Virus record (IMG/VR): IMGVR_UViG_3300044771_000024
Coordinates: 1-35,035 of that record
Length of the DNA: 35,035 nucleotides
Strand: one strand, 5' to 3'
Source: a virus
Lineage: Duplodnaviria; Caudoviricetes
Shown here: positions 19,167 through 26,667 of the stretch, piece after piece
How positions within the stretch are numbered: position 1 is the stretch's first letter
Layout of the letters: each line of letters begins with the position of its first letter
Position numbers and translations under genes: made by a program
The notes under the pieces: generated by a model
Database searches by the model: none
Seen by the model: only the letters and a program-made list of their open reading frames with translations
What the model was told of the DNA's origin: nothing

Positions 19167-19183
19167 TTGGCACAAGAATTGCT
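19167..19183 (+). promoter_or_regulatory. sigma54 -24/-12 element 2 (likely promoter of the ankyrin operon)
   Basis: TTGGCACAAGAATTGCT: GG-N10-GC; predicted start ~19194, just before the first hairpin repeat. Confidence 0.7.
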
Positions 19184-19249
19184 ACTATAGAGGCGATTGA
19201 TTAGAGACCCTGCCATCGGCGGGGAAAAGTAAAGAGGAGGGAAAGTAAG

Positions 19250-19636
19250 ATGAAAAAACCAAGTCTAATTAACGCAGTCATCAGTGGCGACATTGAGACT
19301 GTCAAGAGCCTGTTAGACAGAGAGGCTAATGTCAATGCGGTCAATCGCTATGGCATGACAACCTTAATACTGGCGGCACGGAACGGTCATATCAAGATTG
19401 CACGGCTCCTGACAGACAGAGGCGCCGATGTGAATGCGAAAGATGATGACGGCGAAACAGCCCTTATAGGTGCGGTAAAAATGGGTCATATCGGGATGGT
19501 AAGACTGTTAATGGATGACGGCGCTGATGTGAATATAAAAGATAATCGGGGCTGGACGGCCCTAACGCAGTGCCCTTGTTCCTATCCCGAAATCAGAAAG
19601 CTATTAACAAGTAACCCCGCCGATGGCGGGAAGTAA
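19250..19636 (+). CDS. Ankyrin-repeat protein 1
   Basis: GMTTLILAARNGH, GADVNAKDDDGETAL, GADVNIKDNRGWTAL. Confidence 0.92.
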   Translation: MKKPSLINAVISGDIETVKSLLDREANVNAVNRYGMTTLILAARNGHIKIARLLTDRGADVNAKDDDGETALIGAVKMGHIGMVRLLMDDGADVNIKDNRGWTALTQCPCSYPEIRKLLTSNPADGGK

Positions 19637-19650
19637 CAAAAGAGGAGGAC

Positions 19651-19800
19651 ATGAAAATGGAAACAGAGACATCTGTGAATGAGCCTGAAAGCGGAGGCAT
19701 AACCGCCTTAATGAGAGCGGCGAAGGAGCGCCGCCCCAGTATCGTCGAGCTCTGGATTAAAAAAGGCGCTACGGCTTCCAACGAAGTAACCACGCCATAG
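19651..19800 (+). CDS. Single-repeat ankyrin mini-protein (49 aa), possibly a deletion remnant
   Basis: Not in ORF track. MKMETETSVNEPESGGITALMRAAKERRPSIVELWIKKGATASNEVTTP; GAGGAGG RBS; VNEPESGG matches VDEPKSGG of ankyrin 3. Confidence 0.7.
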   Translation: MKMETETSVNEPESGGITALMRAAKERRPSIVELWIKKGATASNEVTTP

Positions 19801-19827
19801 GCGGGGAAAGAAAAAGAGGAGGGAAAA

Positions 19828-20304
19828 ATGAATAGCTCAAACATCGCTGAGGCGGCCCTCACGGGGGACATAGAGGCTGTTAACCGCTTGCTCAACAGAG
19901 GTGTCCATGTTGACACAAAAGACTGTCAAGACAGAACAGCCTTGATGTGGTCTGTGTATTGGGGTTACACCCAGATTATGAGGCTCCTTAGAAGCAGGGG
20001 TGCTACTGTTAATATGCGAGACGACACAGGCAAGACAGCCCTGCTATGGGCGGTATGGGGCGGTTCCTTTGAAGCAATAGAGTTCTTATTAGATGAAGGC
20101 GCCGACATCAACACGCCTGACAATGACGGCATGACAGCCATAATGTATGCGGCAGAGGAGGACTATGCCGAGATTGCACGGCTCTTAATATGCAGAGGAG
20201 CCAAACTAAATGCAAAAAATAAACACGGCGAGACAGCTAAGATGATAGCGATAAAGAGCGGCCATGTCGATATGGCAGAACTTCTAAGAGCGCAATCCCG
20301 CTAA
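19828..20304 (+). CDS. Ankyrin-repeat protein 2
   Basis: N-cap plus repeats DRTALMW, GKTALLW, GMTAIMY, GETAKM. Confidence 0.92.
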   Translation: MNSSNIAEAALTGDIEAVNRLLNRGVHVDTKDCQDRTALMWSVYWGYTQIMRLLRSRGATVNMRDDTGKTALLWAVWGGSFEAIEFLLDEGADINTPDNDGMTAIMYAAEEDYAEIARLLICRGAKLNAKNKHGETAKMIAIKSGHVDMAELLRAQSR

Positions 20305-20331
20305 TGGCGGGGAAAGAAAAAGGAGGAGAAC

Positions 20332-20544
20332 ATGGACAGCCTATTATCCCTTTGGCAAGAGGTCATCGCAGAGGACAAGAAGGACTCGACATGCGAGGAG
20401 TGTTGCATAGGGTTTGCCTGCTGGGGCGTTACCCCGGCGGACTGTGAGTATTTTGTTCCTCCCTCCGAGAGAGAGGAATTTACGGAGACAACAGAGGAAT
20501 TTTTGGAGAGAACAAAAAAGGAGGAGGGAACATGGACAGACTAA
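20332..20544 (+). CDS. Small acidic Cys-rich protein
   Basis: CEECCIGFACWGVTPADC with Glu-rich tail; repeat-associated RBS. Confidence 0.65.
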   Translation: MDSLLSLWQEVIAEDKKDSTCEECCIGFACWGVTPADCEYFVPPSEREEFTETTEEFLERTKKEEGTWTD

Positions 20545-20993
20545 TTGAAGCAGTCCTTGCTGGCGACATCGAGACCGTGAGGATACTAATAGCTGGAAGC
20601 GCTAATGTGGACGAGCCTAAAAGCGGAGGACAGACCACCCTGGCGTGGGCCGCATACTATGGACATACCGAGATTGCAAGGCTTTTAATAGACAGGGGCG
20701 CTGATGTCAATATGAAAAATAAGTATGGCATGACGCCCCTGATAAATGCGGCAAAGAGTGGCCACACAGAGATTGTCGAGCATCTACTGAACAGCGGAGC
20801 CGATGTGAATGTGAAAAATATATATGGCCACACAGCCCTCATGTGGGCCGCAGGGCATGGCCATACCGAGATTGTAAAGCTGTTGATAGATAAAGGTGCC
20901 GATGTAAATGTAAAAAATAACGATGGCACGACCGCCCTGATGTTTGCGGAAAAGATGCGCCACACAGAGATTATAAAGCTGTTGACGAAGTAA
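20532..20993 (+). CDS. Ankyrin-repeat protein 3
   Basis: Near-consensus repeats (GHTEIV..L...GADVN x3). Confidence 0.93.
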   Translation: MDRLIEAVLAGDIETVRILIAGSANVDEPKSGGQTTLAWAAYYGHTEIARLLIDRGADVNMKNKYGMTPLINAAKSGHTEIVEHLLNSGADVNVKNIYGHTALMWAAGHGHTEIVKLLIDKGADVNVKNNDGTTALMFAEKMRHTEIIKLLTK

Positions 20994-21028
20994 CCCCGCC
21001 ATCGGCGGAGAAAGAAAAGGAGGAGGAT

Positions 21029-21355
21029 ATGGATAAATTAAGCAACGCAGTTATTAGTGGCGACATTGAGACCGTGAGGCTCTTACTTGATGAGGGCGCT
21101 GATGTGAATGCGATAAACATTAATGGCACAAGGGCTATGTTTGGCACGACGGCGCTGATGTGGTCTGCGTATCAGGGTCATACAGAGATTGTAAAACTCT
21201 TACTTGCTAAGGGTGCTGATAAAGATGCGAAAGATAGATATGGCTGGACAGCTTTGGCGTTTGCTACCGAGGGCCGCCACCCTGAAATTATCGAGCTTCT
21301 AAACAAGCAAGTAATCCCGCCACCAAGCGGAGGAATGAAAAAGGAGGAGAAATGA
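21029..21355 (+). CDS. Ankyrin-repeat protein 4
   Basis: MDKLSNAVISGDIETVRLLLDEGADVNA, GTTALMW, GWTALAF; insertion in the first beta-turn. Confidence 0.92.
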   Translation: MDKLSNAVISGDIETVRLLLDEGADVNAININGTRAMFGTTALMWSAYQGHTEIVKLLLAKGADKDAKDRYGWTALAFATEGRHPEIIELLNKQVIPPPSGGMKKEEK

Positions 21356-21552
21356 AAGCAATAGTTAGTAGTGCAGGGGAAATCATAGCCCTCAACATTC
21401 CCAATGACATGAAACTGCCAGAAGGAACGGAGCTAATCGAAGTCTATGAATGTCCCCGTTGTCAGGGGGCAGGTGTCATCCGCAGGGCAGGCGCTGTTTG
21501 CATGGCGGATGGCACGGCATATAATGATTTTTACCCGAATGAGGAGGCTTAA
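21352..21552 (+). CDS. Small hypothetical protein with CxxCxGxG motif
   Basis: CPRCQGAG; repeat-associated RBS. Confidence 0.65.
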   Translation: MKAIVSSAGEIIALNIPNDMKLPEGTELIEVYECPRCQGAGVIRRAGAVCMADGTAYNDFYPNEEA

Positions 21553-21617
21553 AAAGAGGAGATAGAGAAAATTTACTTCAAACATTTCCCCCGGCCAATG
21601 GGGGTAAAGGAGGGACG

Positions 21618-21830
21618 ATGAAAGCAAGCGAATGGGCAGGGTGTAAGGTGAAAAGCAGAGTGCCGTTGAGAAACGGGCGCATGAGTCTTCCAGCAGGAAC
21701 TATCTTCACCGTGGAAGAGAAATACGGCGGTTTAAAATTATGTTCGGAGGAATGTCCTCATTGCGGGGCAAAGCAATTCATTACGAGAGTCTCCATATCG
21801 GATGTGGAGTTATTGCCTGAGGAGGCTTAA
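21618..21830 (+). CDS. Small hypothetical protein (CPHC)
   Basis: AGGAGG RBS after a degenerate hairpin. Confidence 0.65.
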   Translation: MKASEWAGCKVKSRVPLRNGRMSLPAGTIFTVEEKYGGLKLCSEECPHCGAKQFITRVSISDVELLPEEA

Positions 21831-22088
21831 ATGACAATCAAATTTTCACCCTTGCAGGCTCTTATCTCTCTGCTTGCTTTGGGATTGATAATTGGGCTGG
21901 TAGTTGGAATATATCTCGGCAAAACCTCAGAGCGTCAAATGTGGCAAGTCGAGATTGGGCTTGCCATCGAAGCGGGAGAGGCTACCCAGCTAAAACATGG
22001 GGGGCTTATCATCGTTCCCGATAGACAGTGGACAGCGGAAGCTCCCGTAAACTATATCTATGACAGTAAAAAGAGGTGGGAAAAATGA
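21831..22088 (+). CDS. Single-TM membrane protein
   Basis: Hydrophobic residues ~8-30; GAGGAGG RBS. Confidence 0.65.
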   Translation: MTIKFSPLQALISLLALGLIIGLVVGIYLGKTSERQMWQVEIGLAIEAGEATQLKHGGLIIVPDRQWTAEAPVNYIYDSKKRWEK

Positions 22089-22333
22089 ATGCTTTTTCTC
22101 TTGAGAAAGAGTTTGAATTTTATCTGGCTAATCAGACCGAGCTTGTAAAAAAATACAGCGGCAAATTCATCGTTATCAAGGATGCTCAGGTAATTGGGGC
22201 TTACGATTCTGAGGTTGAGGCTGTAGAAAAAACCTCAAAGACGCATGCATTAGGGACCTTCCTTGTCCAAAAATGTGAACCCGGCCCTGAAAGTTATACA
22301 GAAACATACCATTCAAGGGTAGCATTTAGATAA
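22085..22333 (+). CDS. DUF5678-like small protein
   Basis: EFEFYLANQTELVKKYSGKFIVIKDAQVIGAYD pattern; ATGA coupling. Confidence 0.6.
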   Translation: MNAFSLEKEFEFYLANQTELVKKYSGKFIVIKDAQVIGAYDSEVEAVEKTSKTHALGTFLVQKCEPGPESYTETYHSRVAFR

Positions 22334-22337
22334 ACTA

Positions 22338-23564
22338 TTAAAGGCGTCTTTGTATATTTGTTAATCGTTTTTCTGCAATATCCTGATAGCCTAAATCAAA
22401 ACCGCTAAATTCCCTTTGGAGTTCGATGGCTACCTTCCCTGTAGTGCCACTCCCACAGAACGGGTCAACTACCATATCACCTATCCGGGTAGAGCAGAGA
22501 ATAAGCCTTTCGACTAATCTTTCACTAAACGGGGCGTAATGATTAAAAGGATTGTTTTTTATCAGGGGCGGGAATATATCCGAAATCTCACTTTTAAGAT
22601 AAGCCAAATAGCTTTCAATGCCCTCTGTTTTTAGTATTTCTCTTGCTGTTTCTAAATAGTAATCCAGCCATACATCCCCGGGGTTTTTCTTAAAAGCAGA
22701 CTCTACACCTTGAGTAACTTTATCCCTATAAATCGAGTCCTTAGCGTTTATGCCCCCATGCTCGACATGTCCACCGCCATCTAATATTTTCATTTCTTCG
22801 GGTTTTTTGCCTTGTTTATTATATTTAGTGTCTTGTTCTCTGTGGTATCTTACTCGGGGACTGCCCATTGTTTCAGCTAATTCTTGTGGTATCTTAGTGA
22901 TAGCTTTTTGAATTTTTTCGGCTATCCTTCTCTGTGCCTGCACATTCATACTGCCCCCATGTGCCTTAAAGTCCTTGCCCTTATGAAAAGGTCTCTTATA
23001 TCTTTCAATAGTTGCAGGTTTGATAAGTTCCCTCACAGCATCCAGATTAAAATAGTTTTTAGATGTCTTAGTGGCAAAAATAATAAGCTCGTAGTTATCT
23101 GTAAATCTCGACTTTACAGACTCAGGCATAGTGCGTTTCCAGACAATCTTATTTTTAATAATAAAGCCCATAGCCTGCATGAGAATTGCCATTCTTTCGG
23201 GTATGAGCATTAGTGAGGTAGGCTTAAACCCCATGGAATAATATGTATTGAATGTTTTATAGAACGGGTTTTTTTCTGTGCCTACTCCACTACCAGCCCT
23301 CTTATCGCCAATGACGACAAAAACACTACCATCGGGCTTTAAGACCCTATAAGCCTCTTTAAGCCATAACTCGGTATGGTAGAGATAGCGTTTAAGGCTT
23401 TCCTCGTTGCCATATTGACCAAACCAGCCATTAATTTCTATGTCAGGCACAGTATATAATCGTTGCATAAAATAGGGCGGACTCGTAACTACAGCTTGAA
23501 CTGAACCGTCCTCAAGGGGCCACGGCGTTAAAGAATTATGTTGCAGTATTCTCATTTCTACCAT
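22338..23564 (-). CDS. DNA methyltransferase, N4-cytosine/N6-adenine, beta class
   Basis: VVTSPPY catalytic motif, HYAPF, DPFCGSGTTG SAM-binding motif; exact start uncertain (23555-23579). Confidence 0.88.
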   Translation of the reverse strand: MVEMRILQHNSLTPWPLEDGSVQAVVTSPPYFMQRLYTVPDIEINGWFGQYGNEESLKRYLYHTELWLKEAYRVLKPDGSVFVVIGDKRAGSGVGTEKNPFYKTFNTYYSMGFKPTSLMLIPERMAILMQAMGFIIKNKIVWKRTMPESVKSRFTDNYELIIFATKTSKNYFNLDAVRELIKPATIERYKRPFHKGKDFKAHGGSMNVQAQRRIAEKIQKAITKIPQELAETMGSPRVRYHREQDTKYNKQGKKPEEMKILDGGGHVEHGGINAKDSIYRDKVTQGVESAFKKNPGDVWLDYYLETAREILKTEGIESYLAYLKSEISDIFPPLIKNNPFNHYAPFSERLVERLILCSTRIGDMVVDPFCGSGTTGKVAIELQREFSGFDLGYQDIAEKRLTNIQRRL

Positions 23565-24262
23565 CCACCAAACTTCCATCGTGGAGAAAGCTCTCTGTAA
23601 ACTTCAATAAGATTATTTTTCACAAAGACCTCAATACCTGCCTTATTCGCTTTTTCTATGATTTTCTCGACCCACTGCCGTTGTGGAAGAATGGGGTTTT
23701 TACCCGTCATTGCCCCAATGATAATTTTGCTTATAGCTTCCATGTCTATATATTCGGCTATATCTTCCATTAACGGCTCGGCGCTAAAAAATGTTTGATA
23801 GCCCTTAGAGCGTAAAATCCGCATCGTATCGCTAAATGTGGATGCTTGATTGACAGTGGTAATGGAAGCCCCGAACCAAATATTGGAGGGTGGGGGGCTA
23901 AACTCGTCGTAGTAATAAAAGTTAGGGTTTTTAGTGCAGAGAAGATATGTATGTTGTGGCGCATGACGCATAGTCTCGATAATTGCATCCTGCCAATAAC
24001 GATAAATAGCATCTGCCCATAAATCTATCATTGACCCCATGAAGATTGTGGCGGGTTTTTTTCGCCTTGCAATGGCGTCTAAAACCTCTACATGGAATGA
24101 TAGCTCCTCAGGCCACTTATTACGGATGCGGAAAGACTCCGCATAACAATATGTCCCACAGGTAGATGTCCCAAAATGTGGACAGCGCCCCCGGACAGGG
24201 TTAGCCGAGAACCCCCTTGACCCATCTTTATTGATAACCCATTCAATATCTGTCTTTTGCAT
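23558..24262 (-). CDS. DUF5131 (phage Gp37/Gp68) radical-SAM-like protein
   Basis: KTDIEW, NPVRGRC...C...CYA, IFMGSMIDLW, LCTKNP, FFSAEPL, IIIGAMTG. Confidence 0.85.
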   Translation of the reverse strand: MQKTDIEWVINKDGSRGFSANPVRGRCPHFGTSTCGTYCYAESFRIRNKWPEELSFHVEVLDAIARRKKPATIFMGSMIDLWADAIYRYWQDAIIETMRHAPQHTYLLCTKNPNFYYYDEFSPPPSNIWFGASITTVNQASTFSDTMRILRSKGYQTFFSAEPLMEDIAEYIDMEAISKIIIGAMTGKNPILPQRQWVEKIIEKANKAGIEVFVKNNLIEVYRELSPRWKFGGW

Positions 24263-24274
24263 TTTTTTCTCCTT

Positions 24275-24360
24275 TTACTAACAAGTTACTAACAAGTTAC
24301 TAACACTACTAATACCATTGATATTATTAATAATTTTGGCATTTTTGGCATTTTTTAGTA
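24275..24360. repeat. AT-rich tandem repeats (TTACTAACAAG x2 plus degenerate copies; TTTTGGCAT x2), possible iterons/origin
   Basis: Seen directly in an AT-rich, apparently non-coding stretch downstream of the helicase operon. Confidence 0.55.
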
Positions 24361-24766
24361 AAGTTATCAACATTACTACTACTAAAAAAGAAAAGGACCC
24401 TGAAAAAACTAAAGGCCCCTCTAAAAAAAGAAAGGCAATACGACGAAGCAAGGGTGATTTTCCGCACCAAAAACAGGCTCCTTGCCTCAAAACCCCTCCT
24501 AAGGTCGTTTTTTAAGCTCTGAGACATCGTGCCTTTTTATCGCCACAAAATTGCCTTCGCCAGAGCCTCACCGAGAGGCTAAATGGGGAATAGCTCACTT
24601 CTACCTCCGATAGCCCCTTCTTGAGCTTCTCAAGCGTTTTTAAAGGGTATCCTGCATCCATCACTAACCCACTTCCACCCTTTTCAGGCGCCTCTTTAGG
24701 ATTTCTGCCATTTTAGGGCTTGATTTTGCCTTTTTTAAGCCTTGCTCTGAGCCTTGCCCCATACTG

Positions 24767-24982
24767 TCAATCGCAGTTGACATCCCGCCACCAAGCAGGG
24801 GCTTCCTCGATTTCAGCCCTTGCCCCGCCAAAAACATTCAAAACGCCTCGTCTAAGGTAATACTCGATTGCCTTGATTTTTGCCTCCCTCTCGGTATCGG
24901 CTTCAAAGGTTCCTGCCTCATAGACACCACCGACACTCGAAACAGCCCGAACTCTAAATCGTTTCATGCCGACCTCCTTCAA
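24767..24982 (-). CDS. Hypothetical protein
   Basis: ORF track; internal ATG (MKRFRV) with GGAGG RBS. Confidence 0.55.
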   Translation of the reverse strand: MKEVGMKRFRVRAVSSVGGVYEAGTFEADTEREAKIKAIEYYLRRGVLNVFGGARAEIEEAPAWWRDVNCD

Positions 24983-25767
24983 AAAGGTTCTTTTTCATGT
25001 GCTATGTCCATCTCTTTCAAGAAACTGCCGACTTTTATGAGTTTAACCTTCTTGCCCATGACTCCCATCCGCCTGTTCGCTTCCACCTTCAGCGTTGCCT
25101 CGTTTTCGTTTTTCATAGACCGCCAAATCAAAAACAGATTATCGCACTCACCTGAAATGAAAGACGAGTCTCTCGGTGTTGTAATATCGGGCTCTTTCTC
25201 GCCCTGAGCCTTCTGGGCATGAGACATCAGAAATATGCAGAGGTTATTCTCTATCGCCACGGTTTTAAGCGTTCTAATGATTTCCCCAATCTCAAGGCTC
25301 CTATCACGAGACCGCAGGGCATCGAAGAGAAAATGCAAGTGGTCTATAAAGACAGCCGAGATGTCGTATTTTAGTTTAGCTTCGACTATCCTCTCTTCAA
25401 GCCAGACCATATCTTTATTTTTTAGGGCTTTAGGCATGTAAAAGTATGGCAGAGGGCTACCAAGCCACCTTAAGAACTGTCGAGGCATAACCTCATAACT
25501 AAACCAGAGGCTATGTTTCCCCTGAGCCTCGAAGTTCACGGTAAGAGAAATGGCAAGTAATGTCTTGCCCTGTTTCGGAAACCCTGAAATGGCAGTTAAT
25601 TCACCGCCCTCAAACCCACCTATCAAGCCATCTAAGTAAGGCAAGCCCGATAGAAAACATATTTCTGTCTCTCGTCTTTGTGCTATGAGCAATGCCATCT
25701 CGAATGAGGTTATGACCTTATCCTCACCATCATAGGTGGCAAGAGCTTCTTTAGTTTCTTTCTCCAT
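24979..25767 (-). CDS. DnaB-like replicative helicase (C-terminal ATPase domain only)
   Basis: SGLPYLDGLIGG, Walker A GFPKQGKT, FSYE, VFIDHL, LKVEANR. Confidence 0.85.
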   Translation of the reverse strand: MEKETKEALATYDGEDKVITSFEMALLIAQRRETEICFLSGLPYLDGLIGGFEGGELTAISGFPKQGKTLLAISLTVNFEAQGKHSLWFSYEVMPRQFLRWLGSPLPYFYMPKALKNKDMVWLEERIVEAKLKYDISAVFIDHLHFLFDALRSRDRSLEIGEIIRTLKTVAIENNLCIFLMSHAQKAQGEKEPDITTPRDSSFISGECDNLFLIWRSMKNENEATLKVEANRRMGVMGKKVKLIKVGSFLKEMDIAHEKEPF

Positions 25768-26516
25768 CAGTCCCTCCAGTCTTTTTTGAATGTGAGTTCA
25801 TCCTCCCATCGCCTGTCATTCAAAAAGGTCGAGGGATAGGGAATGAACTGCCCATTGTCTTTTTTCCATTCGTCCGAGTTTTTAGCTTCCCCTATAAAAA
25901 CTAAAATACGCTCCACAAGAGAGTCATCAGGACTAAGTTTGAGCCATGCCTTCAGTGCCTCCTGACGACCTATATGCCGGGGGTAGGCTGAGTAGAATTC
26001 ACCAAACCTGCCTTCTAAGTTCTTTATTCTTTTCTTTGTATTATCCTTTTCCCCATTTAAAGGGGCTTTTGTCCTTTTTGCTTTCTCTTTTTCTTTTAAA
26101 TCGAACAAGTACGTATTCTTATTCTTATCTACTTCTACTTCTAATCTACGAGTAACTTTCTTTCGTTTTTTAATATTAGATTTTGTAACTCCTGTAAAGC
26201 CTTGCCTGTAGAGCTTTTGCCGACAATACTCGGATTGAAAATCACGCCACTTCAATATTTTGATAATTTTGTTAATGATGTTGTGTGTAATCTTATTTTC
26301 TGTCTGAAATTTAGCTAAACATGTCTCAACTAAGGTTAGCGGAACCTTGAATTGGTCGGCAAGTTGTTGAAGGGAGTAATAGTTAATTTGCCCGGACGGG
26401 TCATTCAATCCAGCCTTAGCAAGACAGTCCACCCAAACGGCACGTTCTTCTGGGCTAAGTTCCCACCGTGTAGAGCCTAAAAACCACTTTTCACAGTAAA
26501 ATTTTATCCACTTCAT
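25767..26516 (-). CDS. Phage replication initiator protein
   Basis: MKWIK N-terminus, Lys-rich linker, C-terminal FYSAYPR...IPYPSTFLNDRRWEDE; upstream of the helicase. Confidence 0.8.
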   Translation of the reverse strand: MKWIKFYCEKWFLGSTRWELSPEERAVWVDCLAKAGLNDPSGQINYYSLQQLADQFKVPLTLVETCLAKFQTENKITHNIINKIIKILKWRDFQSEYCRQKLYRQGFTGVTKSNIKKRKKVTRRLEVEVDKNKNTYLFDLKEKEKAKRTKAPLNGEKDNTKKRIKNLEGRFGEFYSAYPRHIGRQEALKAWLKLSPDDSLVERILVFIGEAKNSDEWKKDNGQFIPYPSTFLNDRRWEDELTFKKDWRD

Positions 26517-26661
26517 TTTTTTCCTTGCTCGTCAGATAAGTATTGATAAATATAGTAAGGGCCTCCCGAATAGTAAAATTCCGAGATTGGTTAAAAACAA
26601 CAGCAATTTTATCAATCTGTTCTATTTGTTCTTCGTCTAATACGACAGTTATTTGTTTCAT
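26491..26661 (-). CDS. Ribbon-helix-helix (CopG/Arc-like) regulator, 56 aa
   Basis: Not in ORF track. MKQITVVLDEEQIEQIDKIAVVFNQSRNFTIREALTIF...: alternating beta strand, helix, SRxxxIREAL. Confidence 0.75.
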   Translation of the reverse strand: MKQITVVLDEEQIEQIDKIAVVFNQSRNFTIREALTIFINTYLTSKEKNEVDKILL

Positions 26662-26667
26662 AATATT

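Larger units (their letters stand above)
19208..21612 (+). repeat. Dispersed hairpin-A-tract-RBS repeat, 7 copies (hairpins at ~19208, 19615, 19790, 20296, 20994, 21315 and degenerate 21588)
   Basis: Consensus (AAGTAA)CCCCGCC-NNN-GGCGGGG-AAAGAAAA-(A)GGAGGAG, 5-10 nt before a start codon. Confidence 0.9.

Noticed and set aside
19615-21010. Repeat hairpins as intrinsic terminators or N4-type hairpin promoters
   Set aside because: No U-tract on the coding strand, and no virion RNA polymerase is recognisable.
19208-21612. CRISPR array
   Set aside because: The repeats are degenerate and separated by whole genes of roughly 170-700 bp, not uniform short spacers; no cas operon.
19208-22333. Classical integron with attC sites
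   Set aside because: Hairpins are only ~17 nt, lack the R/L box structure of attC, and no IntI is present.
24278-24527. Three short overlapping ORFs in the AT-rich repeat region
   Set aside because: Low-complexity translations without convincing RBS; the region is better explained as non-coding.
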